DNA from: an uncultured Clostridia bacterium
GTDB lineage: Bacteria > Bacillota > Clostridia > Christensenellales > UBA1242
Direction of reading: 5' to 3'
DNA length: 64,000 nt
Assembly (NCBI GenBank): GCA_944383315.1
Contig: CALWPB010000001.1
Location: forward strand, 29,197 to 93,196
Shown here: in pieces, positions 38,589 to 47,441 of the stretch
How the letters are laid out: each line of letters opens with the position of its first letter
Position numbering within the stretch: position 1 is the first letter of the stretch
Made by a program: the position numbers and the translations under genes
The notes under the pieces: model-generated
The model's input: the letters and a program-made list of their open reading frames with translations, nothing else
Told to the model about the DNA's origin: nothing
Databases searched by the model: none

Positions 38589-39575
38589 CTACTTAACTTG
38601 TTTTAACAAATTAATATCGTTTTCATATAATTCACGTAAATCAGATACACCATATTTAAGCATTGCTAACCTATCAAGCCCCAAGCCTGCGGCAAATCCC
38701 TTGTAAATATTACTATCAATTCCAGACATTTCCAATACTTTTGGATGTACCATACCAGCACCTAACATTTCAATATATTGGCCATCTTTTACAGCATCAA
38801 CTTCGATACTTGGCTCTGTAAACGGAAAATAACTAGGGCGCACGCGTATTTCAGTTTTTTCGCCTAACAAGTGTTTAATTAAGTCTTCAATCGTTCCTAT
38901 TAAGTCTGCAAGTGTAACATTTTTATCAACGACAAGGATTTCTAACTGATTGAATATCGGTGAATGTGTTGCGTCTACTTCGTCTATGCGGTATGCATTA
39001 CCTGTTGAAATCATTTTTATAGGAGGTTGTTGACTCTCCATTGTACGTACTTGCATTGCTGAAGTGTGGGTTCGTAAAACTGTTTCATTATCAATGTAGA
39101 AAGTATCCTGCATTTCACGAGCGGGATGCTCTTTTGGTACATTTAATGCTTCAAAACAATAATAATCTGTTTCTATATCTCCGCCGTCTTTCAATTCAAA
39201 ACCACGCGCTACAAAATAATTGATTAAGTCCTTTTTAAGTGCTTCTATAGGATGCAAAGTACCATAAGACATAGGCTTAACAGGAATTGTTACGTCAACT
39301 TTTTCCTGAGACAACTTTTCGTTTAAAAGCATAGTCTCAATTTCAGCATCCTTGTCTTTTACCAACTTATTTAACATATCACGCAACTGGTTTAATTGTT
39401 CACCAACTACACGTTTTTGCTCAACGGGCAATTCTCTCAATCCCTTCATAAGATTAGCAAGTGCGCCATTTTTACCTAAAAACTCTGTACTTGCCTGCAT
39501 TAGTTCTTGTTTAGTCTTAATACTAGCTATTTTTGCAGTTGCATTGTCTAGAACTTCTTTAATTTGTTTTTCCAT
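38589..39575 (-). CDS. pheS: Phenylalanine--tRNA ligase alpha subunit
   Basis: Class II motifs (HPAREMQDTFY, FRIDEVDATHSPIFNQLE, GFAAGLGLDRLAM). Start at the ATG 6 nt after AAGGAG; the upstream ATG lies within the SD. Confidence 0.95.
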   Translation of the reverse strand: MEKQIKEVLDNATAKIASIKTKQELMQASTEFLGKNGALANLMKGLRELPVEQKRVVGEQLNQLRDMLNKLVKDKDAEIETMLLNEKLSQEKVDVTIPVKPMSYGTLHPIEALKKDLINYFVARGFELKDGGDIETDYYCFEALNVPKEHPAREMQDTFYIDNETVLRTHTSAMQVRTMESQQPPIKMISTGNAYRIDEVDATHSPIFNQLEILVVDKNVTLADLIGTIEDLIKHLLGEKTEIRVRPSYFPFTEPSIEVDAVKDGQYIEMLGAGMVHPKVLEMSGIDSNIYKGFAAGLGLDRLAMLKYGVSDLRELYENDINLLKQVK

Positions 39576-39596
39576 ATTTTTCTCCTTATACAAAAT

Positions 39597-39840
39597 AAAA
39601 AAACTTCTCCCTTTATTTAGGACGAAGTTTTCTCCGCGGTACCACCTAAATTCTCCTATGTGTTAGGAGCGCTTAATTTGATTTTAACGTAAATCAAAAC
39701 GCCTTTACCTAATATTATTTCAGCAAAAGTGCTAAAAAGTGAATTCGCCAAAACCATTGATTTGGGCTTCTCAGCTACTACCCATTCTCTGTAAATATAA
39801 TTTTGGCTACTAGTCTTTCTCAATGCATCTCTATTAAGTT
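39597..39840 (-). promoter_or_regulatory. T-box riboswitch leader (Phe) controlling pheST, including the terminator/antiterminator
   Basis: On the minus strand, the conserved T-box sequence AATTTAGGTGGTACCGCGG (39652-39634). Terminator stem AAAACTTC/GAAGTTTT plus U-run (39632-39597). Candidate specifier GAA-UUC-A with UUC at 39743-39741. Confidence 0.85.
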
Positions 39841-39846
39841 ATATTT

Positions 39847-39875
39847 ATTATAACAATATACGGTTTAAATGTCAA
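39847..39875 (-). promoter_or_regulatory. Consensus sigma-A promoter of the pheST T-box leader
   Basis: On the minus strand: TTGACA (39875-39870), 17-nt spacer, TATAAT (39852-39847). Confidence 0.8.
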
Positions 39876-39926
39876 TAAAATTTTTTAATTAAAGAAAGAA
39901 TACCGTAGATTTACGGTATCTTAAGA

Positions 39927-40601
39927 TTAGTTAGGAATTAAGTTCATCATATCATCAAGACTAGTTGAATTGAGATATGTGTCTGGTATTTTACCGACAA
40001 TTATTGATTCGCAAAGCAAAATTTGAGTATCAGTCGTAATAGTTCGGCTTGCTGTTGGCATAATCAAATTTACAGTTGCCTTAACATTCATATAAATTCG
40101 ATGATTGGTTTGGTTAATACCAGCACTCACAAACTCCGAACTAAACACTGAACTCACACTACCTATTGGATGTACTTTAAATGAAAAATCTGGTCCAATG
40201 CCCGTAAGTAAAGGAATTCCTGTCAAAGTACCTAGCGGTATTTCCACGCCTTCACTTCCTAACAATTCAAGATTTTGCAAAGCAGTCTTGCCGATATCTT
40301 TTCCTAGCTTATTTACAAGAATAGATTTTACCGAAAAAGCAGTTATATTACCTTCGGCATCTGTGCTAATTTGAATAATATCATCATAAACATTCGTATT
40401 GTTAAGTACACTTGAAACCGCGCTATTTACTGACCTGTTAGTAATTGATTTTACTGTCGCTTCACTAAACTCAATAATAACGGGGTTTACGTGCAAATTG
40501 AAAAAAAGTAAAATAGAAACAATTAAAACGAGCAAGACTCCAAGTGTTATCATTAGTTTAGTCTTTGCTCGTAACTTTTTACGTATTTTATTTTTTTGCA
40601 T
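39927..40601 (-). CDS. yunB: Sporulation protein YunB
   Basis: Basic N-terminus plus a single TM. The pattern IPLGTLTG..LL.G.GP, GIN and a C-terminal IVGKIPDTY matches the YunB family. Confidence 0.75.
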   Translation of the reverse strand: MQKNKIRKKLRAKTKLMITLGVLLVLIVSILLFFNLHVNPVIIEFSEATVKSITNRSVNSAVSSVLNNTNVYDDIIQISTDAEGNITAFSVKSILVNKLGKDIGKTALQNLELLGSEGVEIPLGTLTGIPLLTGIGPDFSFKVHPIGSVSSVFSSEFVSAGINQTNHRIYMNVKATVNLIMPTASRTITTDTQILLCESIIVGKIPDTYLNSTSLDDMMNLIPN

Positions 40602-40632
40602 ATTAATTTATATGCAATTTTTTATATTTTGT

Positions 40633-41001
40633 TTACTTTTTCGTCTTGCTGTTAAAAATTAAACCTACAATATAACCAGCAAGCACGGCGGCAGCAATTC
40701 CTGCGGCGGTAGCAGTCAATCCCCCTGTAAATACTCCAAGTAGCCCCATAGTATTACCTGCATCAATAGCACCGTGTGCTAGACTTGCGCCAAAACCAAT
40801 AATTGGTATTGTTATTCCTGAACCAGCAAATTCTTTTATAGGTTGAAAAAGCCCAAGGGCTTCGAGAGCAACACCAAGCAGTAAAAACGAAACCAAAATT
40901 CTAGCGCTAGTCATTTTGGTTGTAATTATCAAAATTTGTCCAATTAAACAAACAAGTCCACCAATAGCAAATACTTTAAGATACATTATAGGATCAAACA
41001 T
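40633..41001 (-). CDS. spoVAE: Stage V sporulation protein AE (SpoVAEB type)
   Basis: About 120-aa membrane protein. FAGSGITIPIIGFG..LAHGA resembles SpoVAEB. Gene order is spoVAC-AD-AE. Confidence 0.85.
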   Translation of the reverse strand: MFDPIMYLKVFAIGGLVCLIGQILIITTKMTSARILVSFLLLGVALEALGLFQPIKEFAGSGITIPIIGFGASLAHGAIDAGNTMGLLGVFTGGLTATAAGIAAAVLAGYIVGLIFNSKTKK

Positions 41002-41003
41002 TA

Positions 41004-42023
41004 TTATTTACTCCCTTCAATTTTAATAGAAACAGCATGAGCAATGCTAGGTATACTATTACCTTGCTGACTTGATACAGTACTCATAAGCGCACCCGTT
41101 GCAATGAAAAGAACACTTTTTAATTCATTATTCCGCATACGTGAATAAATGTAACTATTGAGAATACTAGCCCCGCAACCACAACCACTGCCACCCATAA
41201 AAGTTTTTTGAGTATTACTAAAAATCATTTGACCGCAATCGTTGTAATTATTCCCTATCTTGTAGCCGTTATATTCCATCAAATCCATTAGAATTTCACT
41301 ACCCAACTTTCCCAAATCTCCTGTTAATATTAAATCGTAATCTTCAGGAGTTCTGCCTGTGTCATCAAGATGCGCTTTAAGCGTGCTCATTGCCGCTGGA
41401 GCCATAGCAGCCCCCATATTATTAGCATCTGTAACATTCCAGTCTACAACCTTGCCTATTGTAGCATTTTCTATATAAATATTACTCGTTGATGTATTTC
41501 CAAGAATCGTACACCCCGTCCCAGTAACTGTCCATTGAGATGTGGGCGGACGTTGTGTGCCTAGTTCCAAAGGAAAACGGAACTGCTTTTCTGCGCTACT
41601 AAAATGACTACCAGTTGCACATGCTGCATAACGCGCAAAACCACCATCAACATAACAAGACCCCATTATAAGAGATTCTGCCATTGTACTACACGCACCG
41701 AATAACCCAAGATAAGGTATATCTAGTTTACGAGCGGCAAAACTACTACTAATAATTTGATTCATTAAATCTCCCGCAAACAACGCATCAATTTCATCTT
41801 TATTGATTTTGGCATTGTTTATGGCTTCCGTTATAGCAAGTTTCAACATTTTGCTCTCAGCCGCTTCGTAACTTTTTTCACCAAATAGGTCATCTTCCAA
41901 AATTTTATCAAAAAATTTACCAAAATTGCCACGACCTTCCTTTGGACCTACAACAGAATAACTTCCTACTACTTTGGGTCTATTCCTAAAAAGCAATGTT
42001 TGTTTCCCTAATCTATTTAACAT
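41004..42023 (-). CDS. spoVAD: Stage V sporulation protein AD
   Basis: 339-aa thiolase-fold-like protein with the typical SpoVAD N-terminus (VVGPKEG.G) and active-site-like ACST. Confidence 0.88.
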   Translation of the reverse strand: MLNRLGKQTLLFRNRPKVVGSYSVVGPKEGRGNFGKFFDKILEDDLFGEKSYEAAESKMLKLAITEAINNAKINKDEIDALFAGDLMNQIISSSFAARKLDIPYLGLFGACSTMAESLIMGSCYVDGGFARYAACATGSHFSSAEKQFRFPLELGTQRPPTSQWTVTGTGCTILGNTSTSNIYIENATIGKVVDWNVTDANNMGAAMAPAAMSTLKAHLDDTGRTPEDYDLILTGDLGKLGSEILMDLMEYNGYKIGNNYNDCGQMIFSNTQKTFMGGSGCGCGASILNSYIYSRMRNNELKSVLFIATGALMSTVSSQQGNSIPSIAHAVSIKIEGSK

Positions 42024-42086
42024 ACTAACCTATCCTTATTCATGTTAATTTGCAATATTTAAAAATTTGTAGAAAAATGTAGTTTT

Positions 42087-42533
42087 TTAAATAAACAAAT
42101 AAATTATTCCTACGACTATAGATGCAACCACCCCCGAAACAATAACGGGACCCGCTATTATAAACATCTTTGACATTAACCCAAAAACTAGCCCTTCACG
42201 TTTAAATTCAACCGCAGGACTAGCGATTGAATTACTAAAACCTGTGATAGGAATAATTGTACCAGCCCCAGCATAAGCGCCAATCCTATCAAATATACCA
42301 AGTCCTGTAAACAAAGCAGCCAATATAATTAAAGCAACTAGCGACCACGTAGCCGCATCTTGAGTAGTCATATAAGGGAAAAAATACAAGCATAAGTCCT
42401 TAATTAATTCCCCCAAACAACAAATTAGCCCCCCAACCCAAAAAGCATGAAATAATGATGGCCACGGCTTCGTTTTTGGCATTTTTGCTTCTACATAGGC
42501 ATTGTAACGTTCATTTCTTTCTAATTCGTTCAT
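42087..42533 (-). CDS. spoVAC: Stage V sporulation protein AC
   Basis: 148-aa, 4-TM protein with YAGAGTIIPITGFSNS, characteristic of SpoVAC. Confidence 0.88.
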   Translation of the reverse strand: MNELERNERYNAYVEAKMPKTKPWPSLFHAFWVGGLICCLGELIKDLCLYFFPYMTTQDAATWSLVALIILAALFTGLGIFDRIGAYAGAGTIIPITGFSNSIASPAVEFKREGLVFGLMSKMFIIAGPVIVSGVVASIVVGIIYLFI

Positions 42534-42659
42534 TTTTCATCTCCATAAATATGAATTTTGACATTTTTTGAAAAAACAAACTAAAAATTTAAAATTTTAT
42601 AAATAATTTATTTCTTTTTTAGCAAACTAACATAGAAAATCTAAAATGAGGTGAATTTT

Positions 42660-44414
42660 ATGAAAAAAATACTAGCTCTTTCTTTAACTTTGGCGCTTGC
42701 TTCTACTTTTGCAGGGGTAAGCAGTTTACAAATGAATGAACAAAATGCGCTACGTGCGGATATTGATGAATTGCATCTTATAGCAACTACAGCAAATCCT
42801 GATAGCGAACAATTACAATTAAATGATAAATTTGTTATAAACAAAGATAATGATTACAAAATTCTTCCACGCAATGTTGACACTTATCGCGATAACTCAA
42901 ATAATGATCAACAGAACGCGAACAATGCTCAAAATACACCAACGACTACACCAAACACAACAACTAACAATCAAAACAACAATACAACAAACATTGAGCA
43001 AAAAAATACGACCAATAATACTACCAATACACAGGCAAGACAAAATACAACAAGTTTCAACAATCAAAATAATTTGACAAAAACAAATAATCAAACAGGT
43101 AATTTAACAAATAACCAAACAAATAATATAAACAATGGCTTTAATTCTAACAATAATTTAAATAATGCCAATAACACAACTAATAACAATGGCACAATGA
43201 AAGATACAAACAACTTAAACAATACTGCAACTAACAACACTAATCAAAATAATCTATCAAACAATACACAAGGAACTTCTCCGTATGGAATCGGTAATGC
43301 GAACTCTGGCGTGTTACCCAACCAAGGCAATGGCAATAAAGTAGCAAACAACGCTAGCACTGGCAATCTTGATAGTATGGTTAGAACGAACAACATTGAC
43401 ACATATAAAAACAACACCAACACAAACATTGATGGTAATGTTTATAACAACAATGGTGCTATGTTAAATAATGGGATAAATAACGCAAATGGTATTAACA
43501 ACAATACAACTACAAACCCCAACAATCTAATAAATAATGGAAACAACTCAACAGTTGCTCAAAATGGTACTAACACAACACAAAATAATTTAAACAATGG
43601 TAATAACAATACAAATCAACAAAACAGCGCTACACAAAACCCTACAAACAACAATCAAACTAATAATACAAATAAAACAACTAACAATACTCAAACCGTA
43701 AATGATATTCAAAATGAAATAACAGAACTCAATGACAGGCTCGCAGGGTTAAATGAAACTCTTAATACAAATATGGTTACCGCTCGCGAAAATATGGACA
43801 AAGTTATAAACAACACAGTACAACTTGAAGAAAATCAAATTAAATTAATCAATGGTTACTCACACGTACTTCAATGTATGAACAAAAAACTTGCAGAAAG
43901 CCACTTTGATTTAATTCACAGTGCTGGCAGGCTTGCCCTTGTTCAAAGTCTTCAAGGTAATGATGCTGACGTAAACCCAATTTATTTAGAAATGAGAGCG
44001 ACACTATTGAGTAGAGAAATTTACTATAACTGTGCAAACGAAGCACTTGAATCATTAAATAAAATTTTTGAGCAAAATACTAATTCAACTCAATCTAACC
44101 AAAATGGGCAACAGAATGTAAACAACGAATTACAAACTCAGACAAAAAATACTCAGTCAACAGTTATGAATAATAACACAGCAAATACACAAAACAATAA
44201 CCAAAATCAAGATAAAATTTCTTCCCTTAGAACACCTATTCAAAGCGATGCTCGTCAGCAAGACATAAATCTTACAAGACCTAATAAAGATGAAATCAAA
44301 AAACAATCATTAAATCAACCTATCGCAAAAATGCCAACTCACAAATCACAAGATTTGAAAAAAGGTATTGAATTTAAATCTCCATCAACCAACAGTACTT
44401 TCTCGTTTGAATAA
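42660..44414 (+). CDS. Secreted Asn/Thr/Gln-rich low-complexity protein with a C-terminal coiled-coil-like region
   Basis: Signal peptide MKKILALSLTLALASTFAGVSS after GAGGTG. About 300 aa are dominated by N, T and Q, then a more normal region (IQNEITELNDRLAGLNETL...). No homology that I recognise. Confidence 0.6.
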   Translation: MKKILALSLTLALASTFAGVSSLQMNEQNALRADIDELHLIATTANPDSEQLQLNDKFVINKDNDYKILPRNVDTYRDNSNNDQQNANNAQNTPTTTPNTTTNNQNNNTTNIEQKNTTNNTTNTQARQNTTSFNNQNNLTKTNNQTGNLTNNQTNNINNGFNSNNNLNNANNTTNNNGTMKDTNNLNNTATNNTNQNNLSNNTQGTSPYGIGNANSGVLPNQGNGNKVANNASTGNLDSMVRTNNIDTYKNNTNTNIDGNVYNNNGAMLNNGINNANGINNNTTTNPNNLINNGNNSTVAQNGTNTTQNNLNNGNNNTNQQNSATQNPTNNNQTNNTNKTTNNTQTVNDIQNEITELNDRLAGLNETLNTNMVTARENMDKVINNTVQLEENQIKLINGYSHVLQCMNKKLAESHFDLIHSAGRLALVQSLQGNDADVNPIYLEMRATLLSREIYYNCANEALESLNKIFEQNTNSTQSNQNGQQNVNNELQTQTKNTQSTVMNNNTANTQNNNQNQDKISSLRTPIQSDARQQDINLTRPNKDEIKKQSLNQPIAKMPTHKSQDLKKGIEFKSPSTNSTFSFE

Positions 44415-44418
44415 TAAA

Positions 44419-44442
44419 AAAGCCACCAAAAATGGCTTTTTT
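44419..44442 (+). terminator. Rho-independent terminator of the Asn-rich protein gene
   Basis: Stem aagcca/tggctt followed by a T-run. Confidence 0.7.
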
Positions 44443-44453
44443 ATTTATTTTTT

Positions 44454-44516
44454 ATAGTACTATGCAACGCATAATACATTGCATAGTACTATAAAATATG
44501 CTAAATATAGTGCTAA
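44454..44516. repeat. Inverted-repeat element (copy B): perfect 15-bp arms plus an adjacent related half-site
   Basis: tatagtactatgcaa (44454-44468), 11-nt spacer, ttgcatagtactata (44480-44494), then ctaaatatagtgcta (44502-44516). About 18/22 identity to 21511-21532. Confidence 0.7.
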
Positions 44517-44548
44517 TTTATTTATAAAACTAATTTTGTAAGCAAAAT

Positions 44549-44572
44549 AAAAACCGCATATCAGCGGTTTTA
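44549..44572 (-). terminator. Rho-independent terminator of the dac gene
   Basis: Stem aaaaccgc/gcggtttt with a 6-nt loop, T-rich on the minus strand after the stem. Confidence 0.7.
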
Positions 44573-44574
44573 TA

Positions 44575-45732
44575 TTATATACTCCAATTGTTTATTACAT
44601 CGTGAAGTGTGTCTTTATAGCTTTTAGCTTCAATATCATTTGATGCTATAATACTTATTTCTTTTATTACTTTATTGTTGTCAGTCAGTACAATTTTACC
44701 TACTACTTCATTTGTAGATATTGGTGCCGTTAATTTATTATATTCGTAATTTATAGCAATGTTACTATTCTCACCTTTTTTAGTTAGCACAAAGTAATCT
44801 TCTTGTGGCTTAAATACTGCTTCATTTTTTGCTTTGTTGATAACGGGAATGTTGTCTAGTGTTTGGGTTGAATCAATAAGTTTGACACTGTCATAATTTG
44901 CAAATCCCCAATTAAACATTTCTGTACAAGCGGCAAACCTGCTTTTGCTATCTTTTGCTCCAAGCACTACAGAAATTAATCTCATATCCCCTTTCTTTGC
45001 CGTAGCACTCATACAATATCCTGCTTCATTTGTTGAGCCAGTTTTACCAGCATCACAATTTGAATAACTGCGAAGCAATTTATTTGTATTTGCCATCTCG
45101 GTAATTCTTCCAGAAGGATGTTGAAAATCTTCCATCCAAATTTTACTTATTTCAAAGTATAAAGGATATTTTACAACTTCACGCATTACTAATGCTATAT
45201 CATTAGCACACGAATAAGCATTTGCGCTTGGTAGCCCTGTACAATTTGTGTAATTGGTATTTTGGGCTCCTAATTCTTTTACTCTTTCGTTCATAAGCGC
45301 AACAAAACCATCTTCACTACCGCCCAATCTTTCTGCTATCATAACACTAGCATCATTTGCCGAACTTATAATAATTGCGTGCAGCAAGTTTTCTACAGTA
45401 TAGTCAGAATTTGCATCAATAAAAACTTGTGAGCCGCCCATTCCGGCAGCATTCTCACTTGCTGTCAATACTTCGTCTAATTGCAATTCATCATTATCAA
45501 TAGCTTCAAAAGTAAGCAACAATGTTGTAAGTTTTGTTACACTCGCTATAGGCAAATGTTCCGTTGAATTTGACTCACTTAAAATTTGTCCTGTCCCATA
45601 GTCCATAAGAACACTTGCCTTATAATTTTGGTCATCTAACGCGCTCACTCTGCTAAAAGGCATTAGTAATGGAACTATCAACGCAACAACTAATAGCCCC
45701 GCCATTAGCATAAAATTCTTTTTTACAATCAT
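44575..45732 (-). CDS. D-alanyl-D-alanine carboxypeptidase (S11, DacB/DacF-like)
   Basis: Signal/TM N-terminus. SxxK (ASVTKL), SxN (SSAND), KTG (KTGST), and a C-terminal PBP5-type beta domain. Confidence 0.88.
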   Translation of the reverse strand: MIVKKNFMLMAGLLVVALIVPLLMPFSRVSALDDQNYKASVLMDYGTGQILSESNSTEHLPIASVTKLTTLLLTFEAIDNDELQLDEVLTASENAAGMGGSQVFIDANSDYTVENLLHAIIISSANDASVMIAERLGGSEDGFVALMNERVKELGAQNTNYTNCTGLPSANAYSCANDIALVMREVVKYPLYFEISKIWMEDFQHPSGRITEMANTNKLLRSYSNCDAGKTGSTNEAGYCMSATAKKGDMRLISVVLGAKDSKSRFAACTEMFNWGFANYDSVKLIDSTQTLDNIPVINKAKNEAVFKPQEDYFVLTKKGENSNIAINYEYNKLTAPISTNEVVGKIVLTDNNKVIKEISIIASNDIEAKSYKDTLHDVINNWSI

Positions 45733-45804
45733 AATTAACTCCTTATAAAAGTTCTATAATTATGTTTTGTAATTTTATTAAAAATATGTAAGGACAAAAG
45801 TCCT

Positions 45805-46467
45805 TTAAGAAACTATGATTGCTGTAGCGAGCCACGGAATAAGCAACGATTCATATAAAATAGCAATGAAAAGTATTGTTCCTAATATATAAAAATATCT
45901 TTTATTCTCACATAAGAATGATTTACTAAAAATAGAACCCCCATAAATGCGCGAATTCATATTATAGCACATACAAACCGCACTAAAACTAATTAGACAA
46001 GCGAGTATTACAAAATGGCTTGGTATTATTATGAATATCACATTCAAAATGCCGCCCACATTAAAGAGAACTATTAGTAGCGCAGATGTCGCACCCACCA
46101 CAAACCCACGGTAAACCAGAAATAGAACATTTAGGAAACACATAAATGGACGAATATTTGCAATCATTATTATTAATAATATGGCGATTAGACTAAACAG
46201 TCTTGCAAAAAATACCCCAAAGACTGAAATGTTCTTATTAATAAAACTGATAAATATCGAATCTGGTATATTGTCAATTGTCGCATCAGGTGCAATAGTG
46301 AAGCCTGTAATTAATCCTATTATAACACCCACAAGCGCAGCAATACCAAGTGAAATATACCACCATTTGTAATTTGATATATGCTCTGCTAATTCATAGC
46401 GCGCGGCGGAGCAATTCCTATAAAATGCATAAAATTTAGACATACATAATAGTATGCCTAAATTCAA
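45805..46467 (-). CDS. spoIIM: Stage II sporulation protein M-like membrane protein
   Basis: About 5-TM protein. YRGFVVGAT, IIPSHFVILA and LYESLLIP parallel the B. subtilis SpoIIM segments KGIVVGFT, LPQNLLLIP and LFEAYLSP. The start is uncertain (TTG 46467 or ATG 46443). Confidence 0.55.
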   Translation of the reverse strand: MNLGILLCMSKFYAFYRNCSAARYELAEHISNYKWWYISLGIAALVGVIIGLITGFTIAPDATIDNIPDSIFISFINKNISVFGVFFARLFSLIAILLIIMIANIRPFMCFLNVLFLVYRGFVVGATSALLIVLFNVGGILNVIFIIIPSHFVILACLISFSAVCMCYNMNSRIYGGSIFSKSFLCENKRYFYILGTILFIAILYESLLIPWLATAIIVS

Positions 46468-46528
46468 AATTATATGAATTTGTCATTTCAAAAATATTTT
46501 CAAAAATATTTCAAAAATCGACAAAATT

Positions 46529-47299
46529 TTAAAATTTTAATGACGCTTTGAACTTTTCTTCTCTGTTGTAATTATATAATTTATTTGCTAAATAATAGAT
46601 GAATTCCTTGGCCGTTGGGCATCTTGAAAAGTCGTCAAAAGAAATACCTGTTGCTTGCCTAATATTGTTTTTGCCCCTTCTTTTCCAAGCGGTATCAATC
46701 GACACTTTCATACACCTTGCGACACTTGCTGCTGTGGTATTGTAAGCAAAAGCAATCTTGTTGTAGATTGATTTACTAAATACACTGGGCTTGCATTTAT
46801 TAATCAAAATTTCGTTTACACAATCTTTTATAAATTGCGTACCATTAGTGCTTACATTAAAACCTAAATCAACTAGCACCTTGTAAATTTGGTCATTGAC
46901 GTTAGTCGTAAAAGGCTCCATAAACTCTTCATTTCGCTGAATATTTTGCAATTTTACCGTTATTTTACTAAAAAAATCACCAATTTCATCATAAGTTAAG
47001 TAATTATAGTTACTTGGCAAGTTTAATGAAAAATCAGGTTTTATATTGCCGATTACAAAAATCATTGGTACTGAAAACGATAAATCATCTTTGAAAATTT
47101 GTAAATATTTTTTATTTTTTTGATACTCCTGTAAATTAAAAATCAACATATCAGGCTTTGTGGTCAACACTCTCCCTATCAGTCTTCCAAAATCTATTTC
47201 ATAATCAAGTCCTATATTATTTTGCGCACAAACCCCTTTTAATTCATAGTTACAATTTGCATTATCCTCTACATAATAAATAGCCATATATTTAGTCAT
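46529..47299 (-). CDS. spo0A: Spo0A-family sporulation regulator with a degenerate (pseudo-)receiver domain
   Basis: The C-terminal Spo0A_C domain is clear (IAFAYNTTAASVARCMKVSIDTAWKRRG...PTAKEFIYYLANKL). Canonical position downstream of spoIVB. AAGGAG lies 9 nt before the ATG. Confidence 0.8.
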   Translation of the reverse strand: MTKYMAIYYVEDNANCNYELKGVCAQNNIGLDYEIDFGRLIGRVLTTKPDMLIFNLQEYQKNKKYLQIFKDDLSFSVPMIFVIGNIKPDFSLNLPSNYNYLTYDEIGDFFSKITVKLQNIQRNEEFMEPFTTNVNDQIYKVLVDLGFNVSTNGTQFIKDCVNEILINKCKPSVFSKSIYNKIAFAYNTTAASVARCMKVSIDTAWKRRGKNNIRQATGISFDDFSRCPTAKEFIYYLANKLYNYNREEKFKASLKF

Positions 47300-47415
47300 T
47301 TAGAAGTTCTCCTTATTTTTTATTAACATTATTGTAACAAATGAATTTTGTTTTGTAAAACGATTTTTGTATATTTTTGTAAATTTTTAAATATTTTTGA
47401 AAACATATTAAAAAA

Positions 47416-47441
47416 TATGCTGAAATTATTGATTCAGCATA
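47416..47441 (-). terminator. Terminator hairpin at the end of spoIVB
   Basis: Stem tatgctgaa/ttcagcata overlaps the stop codon, with a T-run on the minus strand afterwards. Confidence 0.6.

Noticed and set aside
42850-43429. Alternative-frame and antisense ORFs inside the Asn-rich gene (42850..43077 +, 42897..43094 -, 43244..43429 -).
   Set aside because: These are low-complexity shadow frames of the repetitive AAY/ACN-rich coding sequence.
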